DNA of 64,000 nucleotides, from the NCBI RefSeq assembly GCF_009914755.1, contig NC_060925.1; one strand, given 5' to 3'. The notes under the pieces are model-generated. The model saw only the letters and a program-made list of their open reading frames with translations, did no database searches and was not told the origin of the DNA. Source of the stretch: the human T2T-CHM13v2.0 reference genome, Homo sapiens. A program made the position numbers and the translations under genes. Positions 1 through 12,628 of the stretch are shown one piece after another (position 1 is the stretch's first letter; each line of letters begins with the position of its first letter).

Positions 1-140
1 ACCATTTATTTAAAAGACTTTCTCTTCCCCATTGAATCAATTTAGTGCTTTTGTTGAAAATGATTAGACCATGTGTGTGTGTGTTTATTTCTGGACAATC
101 CATTCTATTCTAATAATTTATAATCAAAACATTTGCCTAC
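1..140 (-). mobile_element. Old L1M ORF2/3' fragment
   Basis: 'accatttatttaaaagactttctcttccccattgaat...ttgttgaaaatgattagaccatg...tttatttctggac' is typical antisense L1M sequence. Confidence 0.6.
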
Positions 141-299
141 ATGACATTCTCTTGATTACTGTAGTTTTATATAAGTCTTAAAATTGGCTAGACTCCATTT
201 ACTACAAAGACGGTTGTCCACAGGGCAAGTCAGACAAGAATTGAGCAAAGTCTTGGGGCAACAGAACAACTTTGCTTTACAAGATAGAGTATCAGCGCA

Positions 300-496
300 T
301 GTCTTAGTTTGGAGTGCTGTAACAAAAATATAGACTGGGTGGCTTAAACAACAGAAATTTGAGAAGACCAAGATCAAGGTGCCAGCCAATTTGGTTCCTG
401 GTGAGGGCCCTCTTCTTGATTTGCAGAAGGATGCCTTCTTGTCGTACTCCCACATGGTAGAGAGAGGAGGGAAGCAAGCTCTTTCATGTCTCTCCC
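300..496 (-). mobile_element. MLT1A-type (ERVL-MaLR) LTR, first half
   Basis: Begins TGTCTTAGT; 'gactgggtggcttaaacaacagaaattt...ccaagatcaaggtgccag...ggtgagggcc' matches recalled MLT1A; continues at 2973. Confidence 0.8.
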
Positions 497-2972
497 TTTT
501 ATAAATAATATCTTTGCTTTGTATAGAATTATAAATTACAAACTATTATTTTGCTTAATCCTTTTAACCAACATGTGAGTCGGACAGGCTGGAGGATATT
601 AGCTCCCATTTTACAGGCAGAGTGAAAACAAGCTGGGATAGAAGACCTGGGATTCCATACTCACAACTGCTTTTTTCCATGACTTTGTGATACATCATTT
701 AAAAGTAATCTGATTTCACAGTGTTTTACAGTGTAAGAGTAACATCTATAGTATCTATTCCTGGCAGGCTAACTGTGGAGCCAACCAACCTAATTGATGG
801 CCTCATAAGCTGGCATATTTTAAGGCATTCTTATACCTCTAACTCAATTTCCAGCTATATTTGAGGGCCCCATAAACCAAAATGTAGAAAGCTGTTCTGA
901 AAGGATCAGGAAATACAATGGTTAAGCATGTTTTAAAGTTTAACCTAGGCCTGGCACATCCTTGTCAATTGCTCAGATGGCAAGCTGAGGCAATTAATTG
1001 AAGGGAGTAATGCGAGGGTCCACTTGGGGGTGGTCACTGATGAAAAACACAAGCAGAATCAGATCCACTGTTTTCAGGAAATCCCTGGAAGCCTTGTTGC
1101 TAGTTTCCTACATTATTACCAGCAGGACAAAGGGCAATACTTTTGGAGACTAGAATTTGCAAGGGAAAGGTTTATTAAGCTGCCTGCCTGGGGCCTAAAA
1201 AGCCAGACACTGCTAACTTTATCCAGGCCAAATGAAGAAAATGGTTCATTCCTTCCTGATCTGGGTTTTAAGGAGAGTGCTGATCATCAGAGAAATCAGG
1301 AAATTCTATCCTGAAGCCCAGGAGAGAAATGGTGGGCATTTCCCAGAGTTCTAGTAGGCACAGGGGGCAACACCATCTGCCACGTAAAGAGAAAAAGCTC
1401 TCTTGGTAAGCTTTGGTCTTCCACAGGACATGGAACCAGAAATGATCAACATCAGGGCCTGGGTGACCAGTCCTGATAAGAGCAGGACTTCCTCACATAA
1501 GGTGCATAGGTCCCTGAGGAGAAGGGTCTAAATACCCTAAAACTGCAAGCAAAATTTTGAGTGTGTGCATGTTTTTCTGCTGAAGAGGTCTTTCATTCTC
1601 AAATCCTGAGCTTTTAGAGAAAAAGGCTAAGCCAGTTGCAGGCTAGAATATAAAAGCCACCAGATATACTTGGAGTCAGCCAAGTCTGAGAGCTCTGAGA
1701 GCCACCACTGAAAAGTTGGAACATAGATGCACAGCAGAGACAACTGAGCAGTTCTTTTTGTGCCCTTCTTCCTAATTGTATTTCAAGTCTTTTAAAAATA
1801 AGGCCTTAGGAACTCCTAGATTCAAGTATACCCCTGGGCTTGGTGTACTGCTGCAGGAGTCTTAGGGTGTCTTGTACAAAATGCTTATTCACTCATGAAT
1901 ATTAAACCCCAGGATAGAAGATGCAACAAAGCAGGACTCCTTCCTCCATGGCATGTGCTGATTTCAGAGGATGTGGCAGCCAATATGGAGAGCATGGAAA
2001 TGTTTCCTTAGAACTGGACTGTGCCGAGAGGTGCCTGCCATGAACATAACCTGCTGTCTTTTCCCTGACCCTTCCCTTCCAGTTTTTCACAATAGAGCAG
2101 GAAATAATCTTCTCTGAAGTTACTTGATATCAATTCTGAAAAGCAAAAGCACATACTTCCAATACACTAATACACTGTGCTTTCAAGTATTCTGGGTCTA
2201 GTTCAGCTGTGGATGAGCTCATTCATGCCTTCACTCTGATAGCCAGGTGAGCCCATTCCCTTGAGGAAGCCCACCATGTTATTCTTGGTAGCATGATAGG
2301 CCACAAGGAGGTGGAAAGGGTGCAAGAACAATGAGATCTCTTGGAAATACTTCCCCAGGAAGACAATTTCGTGAATGACGTCTTTTAAGCAAATAACGCC
2401 AAACCTCCCCAGGTGCTCCCCAATAACTGTGTTGTCTGCCAGAGGGACTGGTCTTACTTTTGACCTTGGCTTGCCCACATTTCAAGATGAGTTCCTGGAA
2501 AGACTTCAGATTTGAAAATCCCCAGGTCACGTAATGTTCCACTATATGCAGCATTTCTAGGCTGAGGGTGGAGGGGTGGGGAGGGGGTGACTTCTACAAA
2601 GACACCACTGAAAAATGTCTTCAGGCAAAGCCTTATGATGATTCTCTGCACCAGCAAACTCACATCATTAATCCTTTGGATGCATACAACAAAGGCCGAG
2701 GAGTGTTTATCTGGTTGTTCCAAGGCACAAGGTTTTACATCTAGTCATCTGAGTTGCAGCTTGTCACATTTATGCTGCCAAGAATCATATAGGAATAATT
2801 CCAGACACTTAAACCTGAGCCCTTTTCCTTTCCTCTGCTCCTTCTTTGCTAAAAGTGCCCTCTTTGACTGAGTGGCTTTGAGGACTTGATTTCCTAGGAC
2901 CAAAGGAAATTTTATTTGGTCTTCTCCACCAACTTTCTAGTGCTGCAGCTACTGACCATGCCCTCCCCACTG
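497..2972 (-). pseudogene. RPL7L1: RPL7L1 processed pseudogene (disrupted CDS about 2959 to 2198, plus putative long 3' UTR)
   Basis: Intronless frameshifted pieces: MVSSCSTRK..., [58 protein letters not shown]...QLN*. Flanked by duplicated TCATGTCTCT (484-493, 2973-2982). UTR extent is inferred from the TSD. Confidence 0.88.
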
Positions 2973-3134
2973 TCATGTCTCTTCTTATAAGGGCAATAAT
3001 CCCATCTTGAGGGCTCCACTTCTATAACCTAATCACCTCCCAAAGACCCATCCTTAAATACCATCACATTCAGTATTATAGTTTGAACATATGAATTTTG
3101 GGGAGTGGGGGATACAAACATTCAATCCATAGCA
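2973..3134 (-). mobile_element. MLT1A-type LTR, second half
   Basis: 'cttataagggcaataatccc...cctaatcacctcccaaag...catatgaattttgggg...caaacattcaatccatagca' completes the LTR. Confidence 0.8.
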
Positions 3135-4619
3135 ATGGACAACATGCTACCTTGAACCTTGAAAGGAGGTTCTTACCAGAAACCATCCAGAAAGGCACTA
3201 ACTACCCCAGCACTACACTAACTAAACCTGTGGAGGTAGGGCTAAGTGTGGGCCTGGGGTGAGGGTGAAATGGGTTGTTACAATTACACAGTAATTAGTA
3301 ACAAGGGCTCTGGAATGAGACCAACCTGTATTCATGTTTTCCACCAAGAAGCCTTGGGAAAATTACTTTACTTCTCTGAGGCTTCTCTATTAAAAAAAAC
3401 TAAGGAATAATTCTACCCATCTGATAGGATTGTTGTGATAATTAAAGCCATATTTGTAGAATACATTGCCTTATCGCTGATAAATCATATGTGCTCTATA
3501 AGTGGTAGGTATTGACAATGATTGTTTTAAGGTGCAAAGTACATGACGCACAATCAAGAATGTTTATCTCTTTTCATCCAGATATTTTCCATGTAAGTTG
3601 TAGTCTTCAGACACGAGCCTTTTTTTAAAGGAGAGTAACAGTATATGTGAATCTAGTTTTCCCTCTAACTGTAAATTATTCCAGTAATTACCATAACCTG
3701 AAAAAAATCCAGGATGTTTGACCAGTTAAATAATTACTGTCAAACTTAGCCCACCTTGCAGCATATGTTCAATGTCTACAGTCAATGAAATTAGGTCAGG
3801 TATTAAACATTTAATGCATTATATTACATAACCAGCTTTTAAATCTGTTTATTTTAAATGCTATTCAGAAAATAACACTGTTTAACCTTGTATTTTAAGC
3901 TTAATACTCTGTCCTCTGGGACATCAGTGTTTCTCTGTCTGACCAAAGGAAAATGATGCTTGAGTATAAAATTTACCTTTTAAACTATATTATCACTTGG
4001 CTTTCATTAGTTATTAAGGGCTTTTTTAATGTAAGGTAATGTAAGCAACTTAAGTCTGATGCCATAAAGATGCTGTGTGGTCATAGAGAAATTGGACACT
4101 TTTTATTCTTGTATTGTTTGAAAATCCACTCGTATAACCAGAAATTAATTTGAGAGCTAGTGAACTATTTAAAGAACCCTCAGAAAATGATGGACTCCTA
4201 GGTGCCAACTACAAAGAAAAACATTTATAGGAAGACAGAAAGTGGTCCTTTGGAGACAGAAGCTTAATAATGCAGGGATACAAATATGAAATTGCCATAG
4301 TTAACACATGTATGGTCTAGCACACACTTTAAGAAAAGCTTAAATAACCTTAACAATTACTTTGCTTTTTCCCTTTTTCCTTTTTAACGTAGGCTTGTCT
4401 ACTTTGGATGGATATTTTTCAATAGATCTTTCCCCCGATAGCTTATTAAGCTAAACATGATCCTTTTATTTGGAAAAGAAGGGCTGAAAATAAAATTAAT
4501 TTGTTCATCAAAATGTTACATAGTTTACAAATTAAACCACTTTATGTACATGTTTCCAAACATTGATTGACACTTTTTAGAAATGTCAGTGCTATTTTCT
4601 GAAGTGCCTTTATCAATCA

Positions 4620-5120
4620 TTATCAGCTTCAGCTGGAAGTAACAGGATCCCAACTGTTAAAGTGGCTTAAAGAATAGGGGCTTTCATGACTTCTCATAGT
4701 GAAGTCTGGAGTTAGATGCTCTTGTGTTGGCTCAGCAGTTACCAGTGTCATCGGGGACGCCAGCTTTCTCTACCTTTCAGCTCTGCTACCCTTTGCAAAA
4801 AGCAAAAAGACTGCCCTCACACCTTTTACCTGACAGTCACAGAGCCTCCCTGAGCTTCTGACGCCATGATAGGAAAGAAGAATGGGGGTTTTCCAGACTT
4901 TTCAGGGAGAAAAATCTTTTTTATAAATGATCCCAAAACCACCACCTCCTTCTCTTGCACCTCCCTCCTGCTAGCATATCCTATTGTCAGGTCACATACT
5001 CATGTTGCAGTATAAGGGAGGTTTGGAAAAATGAGCATCGGGTATTTGACCTCTGTCATGGAAGACAGGTTCTGCCAGCAAGAAAGCAGGAAGGAGAATG
5101 GTGATTGCGTAGGCATTAAC
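4620..5120 (-). mobile_element. Old MLT1-family (MaLR) LTR remnant
   Basis: 'tcagctggaagtaacagga...gtggcttaaagaatagggg...gaagtctggag...ggtcacatactcatgttgcag...aagggaggtttggaaaaatgag' resembles MLT1J/K-type LTRs. Confidence 0.5.
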
Positions 5121-5998
5121 AAAACCTAAGCAGAGGCCACACACATGGGAGACTGGCAATAAATTAATTGAGATTAATATCTATTAAACTCTTACTCTGG
5201 CCTAGTCATAGTTTTAATCACTCTATGTCCCACTTAATTATTACACCAATTTTACAGATGTAGCAACTGAGGCATAGAGATGTTTAATAACTTAGCTAAG
5301 GCCACACAGCTAGTAAGAAGCAGAGCTGGGATTTCAATCCAGGCAGACTAACTTCAAAGCCCAATCATTTAACCATTTATCCACTGCTTCCACATGATTG
5401 TGATAACACAGGATTAGCAGGTGAAGGCCAATGAAAGTCCATATAATGGAAAACAGAAGTGGCAGGAAATTTTGATATATTCTTATACTCTGGAATTTTA
5501 TTCTTTTGGCTTTATTCCCTTCTTTGTAAGTAATCTACAATGTGTGACTCATTGCTATAATCTAGATTATGATAAGTCATTCAAATGGAGATAAAGCATG
5601 TGTGTGATGTAGTAACATTTAGGATAAGTTATGACACTAAAAAAATTACTCTTTTATTCTTTAAAAAGATAATATGCTTCTTGAAAGGTTTCTTTTCAAA
5701 AATGTGTCACTTACTCATAACCATTGTTTTTAAAAGACTCAATATTTTTGTAATATGAATATTTGATCTTGAATAAAATGTACTACATATTGTACACTTT
5801 TTGTTTTGGAAATTATTGCATTTTTAGTAACCAATTATAACATTACATCAAAAAACTGATTCATTTTCCATTTTCCTAGTTATCAGACTCTAAAAAATCT
5901 CTACTCAAAAATATCCCATTACTTTCTAATAGAGAAAAAATTAAAAACAGGTACATTGTGAAAGATAAATACTGATTTTTTTTTTTAACGTTGTTCCC

Positions 5999-6348
<350 letters not shown>

Positions 6349-7059
6349 TCATATGAGAGACACTAAAAGAATTGGTGAGGAATGAGGAATGAGATCAAAG
6401 TGGTCTTAGTTTAAGCAGGACCTTCATTAGAATTTTCAAGCAAGCCAAAGCCAGACTCTTGGAATAATCAAAACAGGAGATTATTCAAGAAAACTGGGAA
6501 CAAGTTAGAATGCTAGGCATGGTGGGATATGGGAAGAGCCCTGAGACCTTACTCTGAGACCTTGGCTATGCCCAGCTAGTTAAAGGGAAAATGGCAACTT
6601 TAGAAAATAGAGCTGACATGTCACAAGAAAAAGAATGTTAGAGGAGAAAATACTCTGACTTTGAATTCAGAAAAGAATATATAGAGGTGAACTCTAGTCC
6701 CTTTTGAAGGCCCCAGGAAGATGAGTGCCTTTGCCAGAATAGTCTTTGAAAGCTCTTATTGAAGAATCCCTTTTGGGGAGAGCAGTCGGTAAATGTCTGG
6801 GGTGGAGGGGAGCTCTTCTACTTCTCCTGTCTTGCCTGGGTTTTGAGTGAGTGGTGCTTAGGATTCAGAGGAGTAAGTCATGGGCTCTGTATGAGGCCAG
6901 GAAAGGCTTGTTTTGTTGATGGCTAGTTGGATGGTTTTACTTTTCAAAGTGAGGAAGAGAGATGAGAGATGAAGATCCCTCAAGATAGAAAGAGGCTGAG
7001 GCAAATTGGGAGCCAAGGAAGATCCACATTTGTGGAAAATTATTTAAAGAATGTTGCCA

Positions 7060-7364
7060 GCCAGGTGTGTGGTGGGTCACGCCTGTAATCCCAGCACTTT
7101 GGGGGGCTGGAGCGAGTGGATTGCTTGAGCTCACGAGTTCGAGACCAGCCTGGGCGACATGGCAAAACCCTGTCTCTACAAAAAATACAAAAATTAGCCA
7201 GGCATGGTGGTGTGCACCTGTAGTTCCAGCTACTCAGGAGGCTGAGGTGAAAGGATGGCTTGAGCCTGGGAGGTGGAGGTTGCAGTGAGCTGAGATGTCA
7301 CCCCTGTACTCCAGCCTGGGCAACAGAACCAGACCTTATCTCAATAATAAATTAAAAAATAAAT
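7060..7364 (+). mobile_element. AluJ
   Basis: J-type motifs GGATTGCTTGAGC and GGATGGCTTGAGCCTGGG; 5' TSD AAAGAATGTTGCCA at 7046-7059. Confidence 0.93.
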
Positions 7365-7371
7365 AAAGAAT

Positions 7372-7684
7372 TGTCAGGTTCTAACTGAGGTCCGAGGGGA
7401 GTCAGTGGGTGAGTGGCAGGTAGCTAGAAAAACATTCGAGGAATCATAGGCAGTTTCGACATGGCTTTACTCTCTCTCTGGGCATGAGTGAACCATATGT
7501 ACAGCGTTAGCAGGGTAATTAAACCTTTTTCAGACAATAGTGGCTCTGAGGCCTAATGCGCCTCATGTGGCATGGTTACATAATGTGTGGGGTTGTGCGC
7601 CTGCACTCCAAACCCACTGACTCATGCTGCACCAGAAGGCCACTTCAGCCTACTCCTGACTAAAGTGCAGCCATATCGCTTACA
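7372..7684 (-). repeat. 3' LTR (LTR18A-like, 313 bp)
   Basis: Directly repeated at 14364-14702 but with an internal deletion of about 26 bp; AGTAAA poly(A) signal on the minus strand; PPT AGGGGGTGGAG abuts at 7685-7695. Confidence 0.92.
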
Positions 7685-7749
7685 CTCCACCCCCTAGGCT
7701 GAGGGCCTCCTCCAGGCAGGGACACGTGACCATAGGGTGGAGACCTGAA

Positions 7750-8900
7750 TCCATATTCCACAACAACAATACAGACAGCAACAGCTCACTACTAGGATCC
7801 CAGCTATGCTACTTATGACTGTTAGGGCCCAGCACAGGCCAGAGCCTGGGGAATGCCACCATCTCTGCAGGGGGTCATCAGTAAGGCTCTCAACTGCCTT
7901 AATCTCTCATGAGACCCCTTACAGGGCTGCTGTTAAGTTCTGCTGATTGTCAGGGATAAAGGTACAATGCTGTGTTCCTAAAAAGACACAGGTGCCTCCT
8001 TGGGCAGCAGTTATTATGCCTAAGGCCATTCTGTTTTGCCACACCACCTTTCTGATCTGATCAACCTCATCCATTAACAGGAGGAGGGCCACTTGGGTGT
8101 AATTCAGAGCCCAAGTGTTGTGCTCTACAAGAGCAGTAACTTGTGCTTCTATAGTTATGACACCCACTCCAGGGATAGTCATTGCCAAGGGGTAGAACCA
8201 CCAGGGGGCTCGTCGCATTTGCGAAAACAAAGAGCGTAGCACCTCCCAGTTACGCAGACATCTGGGCAACATGGAGAGAACAGAGGCAGGTACATAAGGC
8301 CACCCCCAGGTACAACATCCAATCCAGTCATCTGGTAGGTAAGGCCACCCTGTGTCCCCACAGACCCATAAAGTCTCAGGGGCAAAAAGTCCATTGGGCC
8401 TGACCTTGGTGGGGCCGCTTGTTCCATCCTACCTTTGGTGTGGTGACACATGTTATGTTTGCACAGGCCATGACGGGTACCCAACCCACAGTGGTGTTAC
8501 CCCAGTGTTGCAGTGCCTGGGCCAGGGGTACTACATGTTCCCCCACTAGCCAGCCCCACCTGTCATAAACGCTACAGGCCAGCCAGGGGGTGGGTGCACC
8601 ATGGGTCTTGCAGCATCCTTTGTCCAGAGCTTGCCACTTTGCATTCCAAGTGTCAGCTATGGGACCCCAAGTCTCCAACTATGTCCAGTTCTCTGCAGAT
8701 GTGGAATGCATGTGCCAAGGCAAGCTATCCGCAGCTGCTGCTGGAAGGGTGGTGCAGACCCAACAGTTGAAAACATTGGTCACCTCAGCATAGGTCCACA
8801 ATACAGTTGGAGCATGTTAACCTATGTCGAAGTGACAGAGCAAGCACAGGTACTAACGGGGGTAAGTCACGTCCCTCAGGCAAAATACAAGCTAACCTTT
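7750..8900 (-). pseudogene. ERV env remnant (gamma-type SU/TM)
   Basis: CWVC at 8754-8765; SQMRR|APWW furin-like site; WQNRMALGIITAAQGGTCVFLGTQHC resembling ISD plus CX6CC in ORF 7919-8272. Boundaries approximate. Confidence 0.85.
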
Positions 8901-11900
8901 CATCCCTGAATAACAATGCAGCCCCCAAGCACTTTTGCCCTGGGCAATGGTACTACACCTTCTCAGCTCCCCATGGTTTCTTTGAGTCCTGTATCAGTGC
9001 CACAGTCACAGGGGAGCTCATAATAGGCCACACAGACAGTACATATGTGCCCCGGAGGAGGGCTCCTTCCCCGACCGCCCCACCATGAACAGCCAACCAT
9101 GGGGGCCATGCATCAAACACCCAAGGAGCGACATGCAAGTCACACTGCAGGCCCTCCCCACAGGGAGCTATGATGGCCAGCCACCAGCAGTGGGGGACTT
9201 GGAGGGTCCACAGACACAGCCAGGTTTTCTGTTCTCCTGCCTTCAAGGGTGTTGGGGCAGGCAACAACAGGTTACCATAAGTCCCCATATCTGGTCAGAG
9301 GAGGTCATCCCTGGTATGTATCTGCAACTGAATGGGACAGTAGCCCAGTGTAACAAAGCCTCCACTGGGGCTGGGCCACCTTTTGGTGGTCATTCATTCA
9401 AGGTTTGGAGCACCATGTCCAGCCTGGAACTCCAGCCCTGCAAAGATGGGGGTGTGACATGCAAGCATAACCCATTCTTCAGGAGCCTGTTATATCCCTC
9501 AATCATACCCACAGCTTGTGAGTTGTATGGCACATGGAGTCCCCACTTTATGCCCATTCGTTGTGCCCATTTTTGTACCTGTTGTCCAGTGAAATGTGTT
9601 CCCCTATCACTCTCAATGGCCAGAGGGTAACCACACAGGGCACATAAGTGTTACAGGGCCTGAATGGTGTTCTGTTGGTTGACCACCCTGCAACGGTAGG
9701 GGAACAAAAGGCCTGTGGCCACGTCCACAGCCATTAGCACATGTGTATACCCTAGCAGCTTCCGTAGTGGCCTGATGTAGTCTACTTGCCACCTGGTCAA
9801 GGGCACTTGCCCTATCGTTACTGTTGTGTAACACTGGGCAGCTGCCTCTGATTAGGGTATGTCTGAGCACATGCTGGGCATTTCTGACAAGCGTCCCAAA
9901 TATCTTGCATGGTCAGGGACAGATCCCAATCTATATTGACCTGTTGCATCAGTTTACCCCCGCATGTCCCAGTTTCTGGTGTAGCCACATGGCCACATCT
10001 CATGTAGGTGCCGACTCTAACCATCAGACCTTAGCCAAGACATCTGCCTCATCATTGCTGGGGGTAGCCAAAGGCCACTTATGTATTTTCCTTGTAGTTA
10101 ACCACAAGGTTAAACCTTGATAGATCACCCAAATATCCATACAGATTACCATAGGTTTCACTTCCTTGGTGATCACCATCCATAGTGCTCTGTATTCAGC
10201 CCATTGGCTACTTTGTTCATACCCAGTTTCAAACCATATGGTGTCAGTACTAGGTTGGACTGCAACAGCGGTCCAGGCAGCAGTGGCACCTCAGCTAGAC
10301 CCATCTGTGTACCATGCCACATCGGGAGTGGGGGCGACACCCTTCCTTAAATGAAGGCTGAGGGTCTAGGGGTGCCTCAGGCCTTATCTTGCATTAAGAC
10401 TACAGGTCCCAAGACCTCTTGCAACTCTACTGCTAAGGGGCTTGTACTCAGCATACTCCACTGCTCCAAGTAGGCGCCCCACTTTGCCAAGGTGGATGTC
10501 TGTGCCATCCCAGTCCAGGGGGTCATTACCCATGATGCACCCATCCTGCTACTGGGTAAGTCATTCACACAATGACTGCAGCCGATCCTGTCACACTCTC
10601 ACAAGCCTGAAGGGTGGCATATACAGCTGCTAGCTGTTTCTCTATCAAGGAATACCAGAGCTCAGCTCCCTTCCATAGAGATCAGAAGCCTGATAGCATT
10701 CTCAAGCACTCCTTGTGCTGCCACAGGTCCCAGCTGAAACCATCTGTGGTCACATGCACATCCAGCTCAAATGGGTACCCCTGGTCAACTACCTGTAGGG
10801 CTTCTGCTGGCTGAATAGCCTGCTTGGCTGGCAGGAAGGCAGTCTCAGCCACATCATCCCAATCCCAGGTAGCTCCCTTCTTTGTTATTCAATGCAATGG
10901 TTTTATCACTTTGAGCTAAATTGGGCACAAATGCCCACCAATATCCCAGGAGGCCCACAAAAGTTTGCAGGTGATTCACCGTGGTGGGGTGGAGATATGC
11001 CTGAATCTTATCAATGATAACCTCTGGGATGGCCTTTGTCTCACCTGACCAGATAACTCCTAATAATTTGGCAGATAATCTAGGCCCTTGGACCCTGGAT
11101 TCATTGACAGCCCAACTGCATGCTGCCAAATGTTGCTGCAAGAGGGGCACTGCCACTTCTAAATCAGCAAGAGAATCAGAGGTTAACATAATATCATCAA
11201 CATAATGAAATAGGTGGGCCCTTTCTGTACATTGCCAAGCAGCTAAATCTGTGGCAACTAGACCGTGACATTTGGTGGGGCTATGCACATAGCCCTGTGG
11301 CAACACTGTAAAAGTTCATTGTCCCCCGTCTCACATGAAGGCGAACCGTTCCTAGCTTTCTGGAGTGATGTCTGTGGAGAAAAATGTATTGGCCGAGTTC
11401 ACTACATAGTGGTACTGTCCCAGTTCTGTCATCAAATGGTCCATCAAATCCATTATTGATGGTACAGCTGCATGCAAAGGGGATGTTACTTAGTTTAGTT
11501 CCCGATAGTCCACCATCATCCACCAAGTTTCATCAGGCTTTCTATCTGGTCATACTGGAGAATCGTAGGGGTTGTAGATGCCACACACTATCTGCACCTC
11601 CTCCAGCTTCTTAATTGTCTCAGTCATCTCTGTATGCCCACCCGGCAAATGGTATTGATGAATGGAAGTAACCCATTGGGGTTGTGGCAGGACCTGAGGC
11701 TGGCGATGCATATGTCCATGCAGCACTGGCTTCACCACATGCCCTTGGAGTCTGAATTACTTTGCCGTGGTTTGTAACACCAGGCCCTGTAAAATGTCCA
11801 CCCCCAGAATGTATTCCAGTATGGGAGACACATACACAATATATAAGCGGAGAGCCAAACATCCCATGCCAAGGTACGATACAGGCTTCACTTTCATTGA

Positions 11901-12098
11901 TCAGCCACCATAACTGTCAATGTAAGCAGGTTTGCCTGGAAACTTATCCAGGTTCCCATAAACAAGCCTGCAATCTGTGCCAGTATCCGCCAGCGCCAGC
12001 ACCCGCTGTACATTAGTGGGGGAGCAGTGGATTGCTAATTCCATACGTGGCCTCCAGTTATCTAGTGTCCCTGCAAGCTGGGGACCTCAGCCAGTTCC
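8830..12098 (-). pseudogene. ERV pro-pol remnant (protease, RT, RNase H, integrase)
   Basis: LADTG (DTG 11979-11987); LPQGYVHSP and YVDD (11193-11204); WYTDGSS (about 10294-10314); CQKC zinc finger and IESDRGTHFTG (about 9586-9617); multiple stops and frameshifts. Confidence 0.92.
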
Positions 12099-12628
12099 CT
12101 AATCAAACAGAAAAGGCTCCACATTTCCACCCGGCTGAAGCAAGTAGTCTTTGAGCTAAAGTACCCAGGTGGGACCGGGTGGCACCGGGTGGCGCAGCAA
12201 CGTCCTTCTCCCCCTTGGGCATTTTCTGGAATTGCTACTCTGAAGACAACTATCTTCACAAAGTTAAGAGTACTTCATTGGGCTGCTTATCAATTTTCTC
12301 TCATCCAATCCTGGCCAAAATCAAATCTATCTACATCTGTGAGCATGTCACTCATTGTGGCCCCCTTTTCTCCCATGGTGGGGACCCTATGGGCAAGACG
12401 TCTTCCCCTTCTTTACTGTGTGGAGCCCTTGGTCCCACCAATGGCCTTCTGCTTCTCCAAGAGCTGCCACAGCAGGAGTCACTTCATGTATGCAGCATCC
12501 TACGTATGGGGTAAGGACAGCAGCTAGGAAGCCAAAGGCACTTGGGAGCACAGAACCCAACATGAGATCCCTCATATGGGAGGTGAAATGTTCATCATCT
12601 GGCCCCTGGGTATTCAGGTCAAACATAG

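Noticed and set aside
7919-8272. Possible domesticated env (syncytin-like)
   Set aside because: SU is split across frames, the CX6CC motif is mutated to HC, and the ORF stops before a membrane anchor.
9085-9630. 181-aa plus-strand ORF, the longest in the ORF track
   Set aside because: It lies antisense to the ERV integrase region in GC-rich DNA, has no recognisable motif, and is best explained as a shadow ORF.
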